Assembly: GCA_002269645.1 (NCBI GenBank)
Contig: NIVC01000593.1
Span: 181,454 to 245,453 of the forward strand
Origin: Macrostomum lignano
Taxonomy: Eukaryota
Direction: 5' to 3'
DNA length: 64,000 nt
The notes under the pieces were generated by a model. The model saw only the letters and a list, made by a program, of their open reading frames with translations, searched no databases and was not told the DNA's origin. A program made the translations under genes and the position numbers. Shown here piece after piece: positions 11,983 through 23,989 of this stretch (its first letter is position 1; every line of letters begins with the position of its first letter).

Positions 11983-13148
11983 CAGTAGTGTAGGCCATCT
12001 TCTAAAGGTGTTTTAAAGACTAAATACATACTCAAACTGACTGATACATAAATGGCATTGATATTTCATGAAAGAGGCTTTATCTATCTATGCAATACAT
12101 TTTGAATTATGTCAATATCTACTGGCATTCAAAAGTCATGAGCAATTTAGTGTAGTTCCCTAGGGAATAACCTACAGAAAATGTCTTTGTCTTTGCAAAG
12201 CTTCACTTTGTACTTTTGATGCACCATGTTTACGCAATGATGTCTACAGATATAGTAGTTAACACATGTCTATGGGCTGAACACCAAAACCCCGCAACAA
12301 AAGAAGAGTCAAAGGTCTGGGTGATAAGGGGCTCCAACCCTCCAATCAAGGCTTGTCAAGAAGCTCATTGCCAGAAGCTGATGCTGCTGCTTTTATTTGA
12401 TTGTCATGGCCCTCTGACTATCAACTTTCTAGAACCAAACACAACTGTCAATGCAGATCACTACATCTTGTCTCTAAAGAAGCTCAAGGCTGACATCCAC
12501 AATAAATGGTGCAGTGGAATCAAACCATCAGTGCTCCACCATGACAATGCCTGACTGCACATGCACACGGCCTCAAGGACAATGGAGGCAATTCAAGGCA
12601 TGAAGCTCAAACTCCTGCCTCACCCACCTTACTTGCCTGACTTGGCACTAGTGGACTTTGATCTTTTTTCAAAACTGAAGGAGCTGCTACAAGGCAAAGT
12701 CTATGCCAATTGCCACTGCCTTGAAGAAGAGGTTTGATTTATCCTTGTTTATGCAATTCCCAAGGAGCAGTATGCACATGCAATTGATTCACTGCGTACT
12801 TGCTAGGAGAAGTGCATTAGCTGCAAAGGCAACTTCATAGAGAAGGTCTCCATCCCTGATGACAAGGACAGTTGAGTTTGTTGTTAAGAAGACTTTCAAA
12901 GGACTTGCATCTGATAGATTAGTTGTCATGCTTTGCTTTACAACTACCTTTTAAACGTTTCTATAAGTTGTACCCTGGGGAACTGCACTAAATTGCTCAT
13001 AACTTTTGAATGCCAGTAGATGTTAACATAAATCAATTTTTTGCATAGATAGATAAAGCCACTTTCATAAAATGTCAATGCCATTTATGTATCTGACTCT
13101 AGCTATGAACTATGTTGAAAAGTCCCACTACTTTTTGGACACCAATCA
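11983..13148 (+). mobile_element. Decayed, internally deleted mariner (DD34D) element A with long TIRs
   Basis: Remnant KEESKVW...LLFDCHGPLTINFLEP...VLHHDNA...HPPYLPDLALVDF; inverted repeat 12043-12180 vs 12958-13093; right end TTTGGACACCAATCA|TA; left end uncertain. Confidence 0.85.
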
Positions 13149-13525
13149 TACTACACTTTTTATTTGCTCTTCATATGATTTTTCTAGTTTTTTACTGCTT
13201 TAGCAATTCAAATAATTTTTTTTGAAATATTTTGTTTAACATAAATTTAGTAAAGTAAAAATTATTTGTCTTTTTGCTTGCAAGCATATAAGATTAAGAA
13301 ATGACTAACTGACTATCCAATTTCTAATGTCCAATGTATACATGCAAATGAAAAGTAAGAACTAAGAACTTATGTATTATTAATATTGTCTTGGACCTGG
13401 GTGTTTTGAAGCTGTCCTATAAAGAATTATTGCCTACAGGCATTGATAAAGGAGCTTGGACAAAAATTGAAGTTAGTATTGGATATACAAATTTGCTGAA
13501 ATTAACTTTTAGGCATGCTGAATAG

Positions 13526-14698
13526 CAGTGTTGGGCACTTCCGTTACCGAGTAACTTGTAAATGGTAACGCAAGTTACTTTTTTGTAAAGCGTTCCTTAC
13601 GCAAGTTACTTTCCTATTTTGGTAACGGAGTAACGGTAAGTTATTCAAATTTCGGAAGTCCGTTACAGTTACTTTGCAACAATCGCAATATTTAAATTTA
13701 AAACTGATATGCTTAGCTATTACGCCAGTTGTCACATTTTTAGCATTTTTCATTCTTAAATTCAAAACTAAGTGAATAATATTATACGGTATTACGCTGT
13801 AATTAATAAAGAAATACTTGAAACATGTTTTTACTTTGTTATTTTTGGTAAAATATTTTTGCTTTTCGTTTTTAAGTTAATAAAAATATTTTGTTTAGTT
13901 CTTAGAAACAAACAACCAAAGAAAGAAATTCATCTGTAGTCTCCACAAATCTACTCAGTGATCGACGTAGCCAGGAATTTTAATTGGGGGGGGGCGGGTT
14001 GGCCTGGCTGGCCATGCCTCATGCACCCGCCACGCCCAACCCCACCCCCCCCTGGTGGGGTGTCTTGCAGGTGGGGTGAAGTTGCCGCCCCAACGATTGT
14101 TAAGGCGGCCTCCCTGGCTACACCACTAAAGTCCACTGGCACTGCACTGCACTGCACAATAATTTAATATTAATGAATTGAAAAATAATTGAAAAAATTG
14201 AAAAAAATTTCAAATAATTGAAAATAAAAAGACTAGTAAAGCAGACTGTAGAGTGGAGTAAAGCCAGGTACTTATTACGAGCGATGTATTATCAAGGACA
14301 ACTGAAGTTACGTTAAGTTGTCCTTGTGTATTATAACTTATAATGTTATTAAAAATTAAATTGCGTTTTGCCTTTAACATTTCTGACCTTCAGCTTCTCT
14401 TCTTTTTACGGAAAGGGCCTAAAGTGATTAAAATTTAATACAGTTACTGAAATTAATTTTGTTGTATTTTTCCTTCTGGCTTTCGCGATCATTTGTGCTG
14501 TTCCAGCACATTTGCAATGTTAAAAAAGCAGAAAATTTTGTTTATAACATAGGTAACGGAAGTAAGTAACGGAAGTAACTTAAAAGTTACCGGGTTTTTG
14601 TTCAAAGTTACTAGGCTAACGTAAGTTACTTTTTAAAAAGTGGTAACTTAAGTTACAGTAACGCAAGTTACTTTTTTTGAGTAACTTGCCCAACACTG
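13526..14698. mobile_element. Non-autonomous hAT-type DNA transposon (1173 bp)
   Basis: TIRs CAGTGTTGGGCA/TGCCCAACACTG, perfect 8-bp TSD CTGAATAG (13518-13525 and 14699-14706), subterminal GTAAC/GTTAC motifs. Confidence 0.92.
13957..14127. mobile_element. GC-rich MITE nested in the hAT element
   Basis: Termini ...GTAGCCAGG / CCTGGCTAC ACCACT around a G/C-run core inside AT-rich sequence. Confidence 0.6.
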
Positions 14699-16024
14699 CT
14701 GAATAGATTTGTACAAGGACCTATATACAAAATCCTTTATGCTTGCTAGATAAAGCCTTTTTTAGATAGGGACTTCATCAAGGAGTGCTTTGTTATTGTG
14801 GCAAACTCTGTTGGCAAACTCTGTCCATCTAGAATAGCATTCTGCTTTTGAGTGTATGCCTTTTATACTATACTATTTGATGGCACATTAAGATGTCAGA
14901 CAATATACATGACCTACTAAAGACCTACTGCATTGATCTGGTTGCCTTCATCTTCACTTTTGATAAGAGCACTGATATAAAAGATATAGCCTAGCTGGCT
15001 ATTTTTATCCATGGAGTCATTATTGACTTAAGGTTCATAAGAAGTTTCTATAGCTTGTCCCATTGCATGGCATTACCACTAGCAAAGAAATATTTGATGC
15101 TATGCTTAAGTGTGTCGAGCAGCACTCACTTGACCTTTTTTGCCTTGTGTGACAACCAATAATGCCCTAGCAATGACTAAGAAGAGGAAAGATACTATAT
15201 AATTGCTATCACTGCAAGGCTGCTAGCTATATCCAGCTAATAGAAAAGATACACTGCATTATTTATCAAGAGGCCCTATGCATTAAGTCTGCCAAAATTT
15301 CTAATTTAACATTTATTATAATGAAAGTTGTCAACTCTATCTTTTCTAGTAGCCTTAACTATTGCCTACCAGGTCTACTTTTGCTAAGTCTACTAGCTAA
15401 GCTGTGGGGTAATGATTTCTTGCATATGTGACTTATAGCAGGATATTGCCACATTTCTGCACTAGAAAAATCTGCCCCATGCAGACTGCTTTTCTGACCC
15501 AAAATAGCTTGCTTGCCTAGCCTTGGTGACTAATATCATTGTACACCTAAATGTCTTCAATATAAAACTTAAAGGCTAGGAAATTCTTGTAAGGGACATG
15601 CATATTCAGATCATTGCTATGGAACAGTGTATATCTACCTCTATCTCTCTCTTTTGCTCACTTAGTCTGGAACTATCATTGCCCTATACAAATATATATA
15701 GCTAACTACTCACTTTATAATTAATTTATTATACAATTAGTCATAGCAAGGGATTTACTGATTGTGATTTTTTGTGCATGATTGGAACTATAGTGTGTGT
15801 GAATTGTGCGTGACTATGAATTTTTTATAACATACATTTTAATTTAAACACAGAACTATTAGTGTTAATACTACCAAGTCTAGTAATTTCTATTGATTTT
15901 CAAGCTTTGTTTTGTTATATTTATTGTTTGACTATTTTTTTATTATATGGCTGTGTTACGTATGGATTAATTTGTTGCAATTTTGGTTTGCTTTTCACAA
16001 TTGCTTCTTACCCTAGTCAATGTA

Positions 16025-17778
16025 CAGGGGGTTATCCAAAAAGTCTTAGGATTTTCTCACATCACTCTTTTTAGCAGTTAGCAAGAGCAATAGCAACTGA
16101 TTTATTTCAAAGCGGCTTTACTTACAAATAACACAATGAAAGAATTTTGAAAATACTACTTTCTTTTGTAAAAGTTATGCCTCCTTAATTGCAGTGGGGT
16201 ACTGCATCTTAATACATGAACAGGAACTAGAACTAAACTACAATTTTGAAATCTCATAGAAATTAACAAAATTCAAACTTGTGCAAAAAAATCTTTAGCA
16301 TATGCCATATCATCACTGTCTTTCTATATCTATGGTACGAGTAAAAGTTTCATTTGCTTCTACTTGTATTGCACTCTAAAACAGCCCTTGAAAGAGACTC
16401 ATTTTGAGATGCAGCTGAAGCCTTTGTTGCCAAGTGTTTATCAAAATTTCTTCCCAATCTGTGGATCATGGATATCCACTCAAAGACAACATAGCATTGC
16501 TTGGCCTATACCCTTTGGCATATGAGGTTGAATGGTGCTGAAATTCTGACACAGCTGAGCACAATTCATGGGCCTGAAGCAGTATCCAGGAGCACAGTGT
16601 ACTGCTAGATTGAAGAGTTTGAAGCTGGGCATACAGATGTGGCTGATTTGCCAAGAACTGGATGATCTCCTGCATCTGCCTCCAAAACTCTGGGAGATCA
16701 AATCCTAGACCTCATTGAAACTGATGCTCAACTGACAATCTGTGAGATTGCTGACCAGTTGGATATACCAAAGTCAACTGTCTATCTCTGCATGCAAAAC
16801 ATGGATCTCATCAAACTGAGTGCTTGATGGGTTCTGAGGATTCTCACCCCTAACATGAAGATGCAGCAAGAGCAGACCTATCAAGGCAATCTGACACTGG
16901 TTGATCAGCATGGAGGATGGGGATCTACCATTCTCTGGTGGTCACTTTGACCCTTTGACCAAGGAGGAGTCTAAGGTGTGGACAATGAAAGGTACTGATC
17001 CCTTCACCAAGGCTTGACGTGAGACCCATTGCCAGAAAGTGATGCTGTTGCTCTTTTTTGACTGTCATAGGCCACTGACAATTGACTTCCTGGAGCCAAA
17101 TGCCACTGTCAATTCTGACCATTACATTAATTTGCTGAAGAAGCAGAAGAAGGATATCCCAAACAAGCGGAGAACTCCAACAAAGCCAATGCTCCTCCAT
17201 TATGACAATGCTTAGCCCCACACTGCATAAAAGATGGTCGAAGCAAACAACAAAATCCAATTCAACCTCCTACCTCATATACCATATTTGCTATACCAGC
17301 TGATTTTGCCATCTTTCCAAAACTCAAGCAGCTTCTAAGGGGCAGAGTTCATGCCAACCATGACTGTTCTTGAGCAGGAAGTGCAATGGGTTCTTGTCCA
17401 CAAAATGCCAAGGTAGGCGTATGCAGATGTCATTGATAACATGCTTACCTGGTGGAAGAAATGCATCCAACTGAAGGGTGACTATGTTGAGGTCTCAGTT
17501 GCCACTGAGGAATACATTTGAACATTTTTGAAAGACAACTGACTTACTATTTTCTAGTGCTCCATATGCAGCATCCAAGTTCCTGTTCATGTATTGAGAT
17601 GCAGTACCCCATTACAGTTAAGGAGGCATAACTTTTGAAAAGTTAGTGGTATTTTAAAAATTCTTTCACTGCATTATTTTTAAGTAAAGCCACTATAAAA
17701 TAAATCTGTTGCTATTACTCTTGCTGACTATTAAAAGAGTGATGCTAGAAAGTCCTAAGACTTTTTGGACACCCCTTG
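16025..17778 (+). mobile_element. Decayed full-length mariner element B with ~200-bp TIRs
   Basis: TA flanks at 16023-24 and 17779-80; TIRs 16025-16228 and 17578-17778; transposase remnants AVSRSTVY, WVLRILT (WVPHEL-like), KEESKVW, LLHYDNA with many stops. Confidence 0.92.
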
Positions 17779-18057
17779 TAATAAAGGAAATTGACTAGAT
17801 TCATATAACACTTTCTGATCTTATTGCAATACATGGCTTAGGTATGCTGGATGCCTACCCTAATTGCGCCCCTATAGGCAAAACTTACTTAGATAGGAAA
17901 ATTTTCTAAAGTGCAACACAAGCATTAGGCATATAGCGCCTGCACTTGCGCATGCGCTGCTCTTTCCTACTGGCTGCTGCACTAGCAAATAAATAGACAT
18001 GGAAGGGGGTCTAATACCTTTGTGGAAGGGGCCTATACACTTGTAATTTATCATGCT

Positions 18058-18371
18058 TAGAGATGTTCCAAAATTTCAATTTTGATTTTCCAAAATTTTG
18101 AATTTTTAGGAACAAATTTTGATTTAAAAAAATTCAAAAGTCAAAATTTTAGAGGTGTCTAAAAAAGTGGCTAAAAATAAACTAATTTCTACTATCTATA
18201 CATGTATTTTGTTTTGTATAAACAGTAAATCAAAAGTAAAAAAAGTCAATGTTGGTCATACTAAACTTTGTTTTTCTGAAATTGATTTCAGAAAATTTCA
18301 ATTTCAATTTTGGAAAGTTAGCAAATTTTGATTTTGACAGAAAAATAAAATGCTTTTTTGGAACATCTCTA
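18058..18371. mobile_element. hAT-type MITE
   Basis: Perfect 17-bp inverted repeat TTAGAGATGTTCCAAAA/TTTTGGAACATCTCTAA; degenerate 8-bp TSD ATCATGCT/ATAATCCT (6/8). Confidence 0.75.
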
Positions 18372-18541
18372 ATAATCCTCAAGCACAATAAAATAATTTG
18401 ACTCTTCTGAAGCGTGCATCCATAGGTTTTCAACATTTATTCCAATAGGGATTGTGCCACAATAGTATGATGGACAGGAGGAGCAATTCACTCTTCTTAG
18501 CCTCCCATTGCCTCCACTGCTTTGCAACGCTGCGCCACACC

Positions 18542-18700
18542 CAGTGTTGGCCAAAATATTCAAAAAAGTATTGGTGAAAACCAATACTCTGATACTCTTT
18601 CTGAAAAAAGTATTGCCAATACCTGAAAGTCCAATATCAAAACTTAAGTATCAGCAATACCTTAATTCCAATACTTTATTCCAATACCCAGTTTTTGTGA
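18542..18700. mobile_element. Left end of a hAT-like element; partner end not found
   Basis: CAGTGTTGGCC terminus followed by repeated AATAC/GTATT subterminal motifs. Confidence 0.4.
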
Positions 18701-20536
18701 TTATGACTGTGGTCATAGTCAATCCCTAGTCATAGCCAAATATATAAATTGGCCCTACTAAGTCCAAGTGGCCATTTGAGTTTTTTTCATGTCTGTCTAA
18801 CACTATATTGCAGTATTGACTTGTCTACATAGGCATTGCAAGTCATTGGACAGACAAGCACAATGGCAAACTTTATTTTTCTACCATCACCCAAGCTATT
18901 CAATTCATCAAATAACTTTTAAGACTTAAGCAAGCAGTAAGCAGTCTGGTCAAATAGATTTGATGACTTAATTGTAGCATCTAGAGTCTCAGAAAAACAA
19001 AATTGCAAGCTGCTTTCCTACATAGGAGGCAGAAAGCTAGCCAAGATCATAAGAGAAGTGCAAGCCAATTAGGGTTTGAAAAAGTTGTTGTTTGTTTTAG
19101 AGCAAATCCTACTAATAGTGCTAAGAGATGTATTAAGAGAGTTAAGAGTTAGAAAAGTCTATGCAAAGATATATCAAGAGTAGTAGCATAACCTCTAATC
19201 TCAGTAATATCTAGATTAGAAACTAGTACTTATAAAAAACTGCTTAGGTCATAAGACTATGGGGTTGTACTATAATATAAAGCTATTGTAGCATAAGTTC
19301 AATTGTATGTCGGAACTTTTACATTGCAGAGATAGGATCTAAGAATGATCTTATCTTACAATGGCTTTATAGAATGGGCCCTATTACTATAATATATTGG
19401 ACCATTATCAGAAATGTGATATACTTTAAATTATCAAATTCATAGAAACAAATGAACAATGGTTATTTAAAAAGCCCTATTATAACTTTAAGGATAGCTA
19501 TGAAATTCTAAAGATAGGATAATATCCCTATTACAATTGGTGTTAGAAGTGGATATTTAAGAGAACTAAAAAGAACTGTTATAACTAGTGGCATCCCATA
19601 GTCAAGAAGATGGCAGGTATACACCGGAATGATTTTTGGGATAGCTAATTATATACCAACAAATGTAAGTGTAGCCTGTCAAAATTTTCCCTAAAAAGTA
19701 TTTTCTAAAAAGAAGTTGTTTAACTTAACAACTGTGTCTTAAAATTTTCTGAGTTATATTGTCTAGTACTAAAGATTCAGTTTTAGAGAAAAGGGTGCAA
19801 ATAACTCTACTAGACAACCTTTTGGCACTCTGGGACTAGCGCCAATCACCTCAGGAGGCATAATTCCTACAGAGAGATAGAAAGACAGATAAAATACAAT
19901 TTATTAATAAAATAGCGTAGCAAAATTGCAATGATAACTAATAAAATAAACTTAGCTGAATACACTAGATCATATAAAGAAAAATGAAAATAAACATTTA
20001 TTTAAAAAATATACATTGGCCCTAGTCTCTTTTAAAAAACAAATGATTTATTTATTGTATTCCATACTAATTGACTTTTAGTTTAAGAAGTTTTATAATA
20101 ATAAACAATGTTTTCAAAATTATTCAAACAAAATAATAACATTTTCAACTTTTTATATTACTAGGCCTATTCTTACTTTTATGTTAAAATTATATTTGGT
20201 TAAAATTATACTACATATAAAGCACGTAAGTGAAGTAAAAATTTACACTCATATCACTAGTATATATACCATGCTAAGTTTGTTACCCATACTTTTATTA
20301 TATGTTAGACTATATACCAAGCCAAGTATAACATAGCAAATGTACACCAAAGAAATCTATTGTAGGCCTATAGGCCACTTTGCTGACTATAGGTGGCATC
20401 AGTGAATTTATAGAAAGAAAACTTACCCCTATTACAAAGTAAAACAATAAAACCCTTATTATAACTTAGTATCACTTAATACTTATCAGCTTTGAAATAG
20501 AAGTATTAGTACTATTACAACATTGATAATATAAAG

Positions 20537-20648
20537 GGCTATCCTGTAGTTTCGCACGTTAAATTATTTTACGGAATTATTTCGCCCTCTATTCAAGGGT
20601 GGTGGGGGGTGGGGGTAATAATTTAATGTGCGAAACTACAGGATAGCC
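20537..20648. mobile_element. 112-bp MITE with 32-bp TIRs
   Basis: GGCTATCCTGTAGTTTCGCACGTTAAATTATT vs its inverse, 31/32 match; AAG on both flanks (possible 3-bp TSD, PIF/Harbinger-like). Confidence 0.8.
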
Positions 20649-21704
20649 AAGTAAAGAATTTAATAAGGGCCTAAATATGTAGTAAACCATTAGCACAACA
20701 TCAGTGACTATAATGCAATTATTATAAAAGACAAAGTAAAGCCCTATGGGGCCTAGCCGCCTAGGTATAGGCCTAGTATAGGACAAAAGCTATATTTTAT
20801 TTTAAAATAAATAAAATGATGAAGTCAGAGAAAAAAGGCACTCTATTAGGCCTAAAAAATTCTAAATTAAATTTGCAGTTTTCCCATATAAGTTTCGACG
20901 CTGACTTGGCAGTATTGTAGGAGTTCACTTGCTACATACAGACAGACAGACAGACAAACATTGCACCACTTTTAGTATAAGGATATATTCTTAAATGTAG
21001 CCGTACTTCTTCCATGATTAACTTTCTTGAGTACTACTAACTTACTACTAGTACTAACTAGGCTAATGTCAAGGACTCACTTTTATTGCTAACCTAAATC
21101 CAGTCAAGAAAATAGTCAAGACAAGAGTCAGATGTCAGACAAGTCAACTATCACTACTCTTCACTAGGCCTATCACGAATTAAAGCACAATAACTTTGCC
21201 ACAGGACTAAAAGCACGAAGAAGCATTATCTTAATAATAAAGGCTAAACTTTAAGATAAAAACATGCAGTTAAGTGAATCAGAAGTCCAGCACACAAATT
21301 GGAAACAAAAAAGAAAGTTGATAATTAAAAATTAAACAACTTTCTGGTTTGTCTCAACTCGAATTACGAGGCAAATTCATCCCGCCAGGCCAATCTGGTA
21401 TTGGAATTGGAACTGGAACTGACTGGAGTCATCCTAGCCAACCCGACACGACAACAAAAAACTTTTTGCTTCTTTCAATTTTGTAAATACGTGCGCGCCC
21501 CCGTGATCAGTTGAAAACACACTCCAGTCAGTTTATTTAAAATTAGCATTCAATTTTTGTAACAACTGAACAAAACAAAGTGAAAAAGTTTTTAGATGCT
21601 GAAAAAGGATCTAATAATCTTTTTAAGATAAATACTTTAAGGATTTTTTACTTTTAGACATTGAGCTTGCATGCTTTTCAAGGTTTCGCCCGAACAGAAA
21701 GCAT

Positions 21705-21890
21705 TAACACTTATTATTGTTATTATTATTAAACAGACGCTGGCTCAGGGGTCAACGAAGCACCCGTTGGTGGAAAACAAGCTGAGTCCAGCCTAGCTGC
21801 AGACTGAGGGGTAAGGCCCAGAGCCTGCAAGTCAGTGAGAAAGGTGTCAGTCAGAGTGGTGCAGCGCGCCCCGGCGGAGTCAAATTAAAA
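21705..21890 (-). mobile_element. Probable 3' end of an RTE-type LINE
   Basis: Minus strand RRGARCTTLTDTFLTDLQALGL, stop, then (AAT)n tail; resembles RTE ORF C-termini. Confidence 0.45.
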
Positions 21891-23087
21891 GTACAATTGC
21901 TCGTAAAAGTACAAGTATTCATACAGTGTAATCGCAAGACTACCCAGTCGCAATTCGGCTTTATTATCAAGCCTAAAAACATCAATCCAAACGCCTTTAA
22001 ACATGTCAAAAAGCATATCTAAATATATGTGCTAAGCAGTAAGGATGACTTTTTTACTAAAGCATTTTGTCGTACACATGCACAAGCAATTGTTGCATGC
22101 AAATGTACAGTACAAATGTAGTAGTATATTTACATACGTATATTTGCATACGTACATACGTACAGGTACATTGTAGGTATACTGCCGTCTAGATTTAGTT
22201 TACTGGCTTGTATGAGTCCCCATGGGCTTTTAATTGTTCCCATCTAGACCAAAGACCAAGATCCTCGAAAACATAAAGGATTCCATTCGAATTTGAGGAT
22301 ATGGTAGCGATTAAAGGAATCTAATGAAGTCTCAATCAGCAAAATGGGCCTTCTCAAAATCTCGTTTCGGCTACAGGCTACAGTCGATCTCGACTTCGCA
22401 AACAAAAGAGTGAAGCAAGATATAGTGCTCGGTCATGGATTTTAAGACAATTTCATTTAGTACATTATACTAGAATTCGGGAATCGGGAAGGAATTTACA
22501 TGTAATTTTATGTGCACAGAATTTAAATTTCCCCAATAAAGAAATTAAGCTAAGTGCTGTTTGCGAGGAAGTTTTAGAAGGTCGCCGGTCAGATACAATA
22601 ACAGTCCGGACTTCCGGAATACACATGTACAGTAGTTCACGGGGTTGAAACGTAGAGTGGCTATAATTGATATAGCTTGACTTTTTTCTAGCGCAGTGAA
22701 TCAGCAATGGAAGTCAGTTCCGCTGGCGCCTGTCAATCTTGAAAAGGGTCAATAGATGGCGCTGCAGTTCAAACGGTTGACAGGGGATCAGATTCGCCCT
22801 TACCATGTCCGGGCTCTGATGCAGGCCATGCACGCTGCTCCATCTTGGCCGTCAAGCGCTTGACGAACACGCGAATCGGTTGTCGCCGCCAAGGTCCGAG
22901 GTGTTTAGCACTTCATTGATTTAGTCGTGATTGCTCTTCTACATGTATAGCATGTCGACTACAGCCTTCTACTATAAGCTGGTGTAGTTTGAAGGCGTGT
23001 CAATTGCACGATTATTCTGTCCGGCCAGTGTAAACTCTTATGAATAGGCAGAAAAAGTGCAAAGCGCCAAAAGTACTTGATTTACTT

Positions 23088-23540
23088 CAAAAGAAAGTCA
23101 CTTGGATTAATTTGCGGGTCACTGAGAATCACTTGGATTGATGCGGGTCACTGAGAGTAACTTGGATTGATGCGGGTCACTGAGACTCACTTTGATTAAT
23201 GTGCGGGTCACTGAGAGTCACGTGGATCTATTTGCGGGTCACTGAGAGTCACGTGGATCTATTTGCGGGTCACTGAGAGTCACTTGCATCAATTTGCGGG
23301 TCACTGAGAGTCACTTTAATCAATTTGCGGGTCACTGAGAGTCACTTGCATCAATTTGCGGGTCACTGAGAGTCACTTTAATCAATTTGCGGGTCACTGA
23401 GAGTCACTTGGATCAATTTGCGGGTCACTGAGAGTCACTTTAATCAATTTGCGGGTCACTGAGTGTCACTTGGATCAATTTGCGGGTCACTGAGAGTCAC
23501 TTGGATCAATTTGCAGGTCACTGAGTGTCACTTGAGTTAA
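23088..23540. repeat. 31-bp minisatellite (TTGCGGGTCACTGAGAGTCACTTGGATCAAT)n
   Basis: About 14 copies read directly. Confidence 0.95.
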
Positions 23541-23989
23541 TTTTTTACAGTCCATCTCTGTAGTAGGGACGAAAGTGAAGGTCTTTACGTCTATACTACT
23601 AACAAAGCTAATAAAGTTTATACAAATAAAAAGTAGTACTACAAACGTTCCAAAAAGTTCATTTATTAGCTGAAAATTCTTTTAAAATATTTTTAGATTT
23701 TTCCTTATTTGGGATCTTTTGATCGAATGTCAAGAAGTATTTATTGCTATGTAATTTTGTGTAATCGCTGCTCCCAGATTTGCTTCTGTTGCCATAATGT
23801 TCTGCCCGCATTATGTATTTACCTGTGCAATGGGGGGGGGGCAGAAGGGGCAAAGTGGCAGAGGGGGCAGAGGGGTGGAGGGGACAGAGGGCCAGAGGGG
23901 GCAGAGGAGAGAATCTATAGACAGTTACGCAGACGCATCTAGAGGGAATCTATAGACAGGGCGGAGGGGGCAGAGGGCCAGAGGCTGGA

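Noticed and set aside
22800-22860. Candidate upstream coding exon of MKK4 (minus strand, GCCAAGATGG...CATG|GTAAGG)
   Set aside because: Phase 1 donor is incompatible with the phase 0 acceptor at 10688 and would stop at 10473; might be a UTR exon but unsupported
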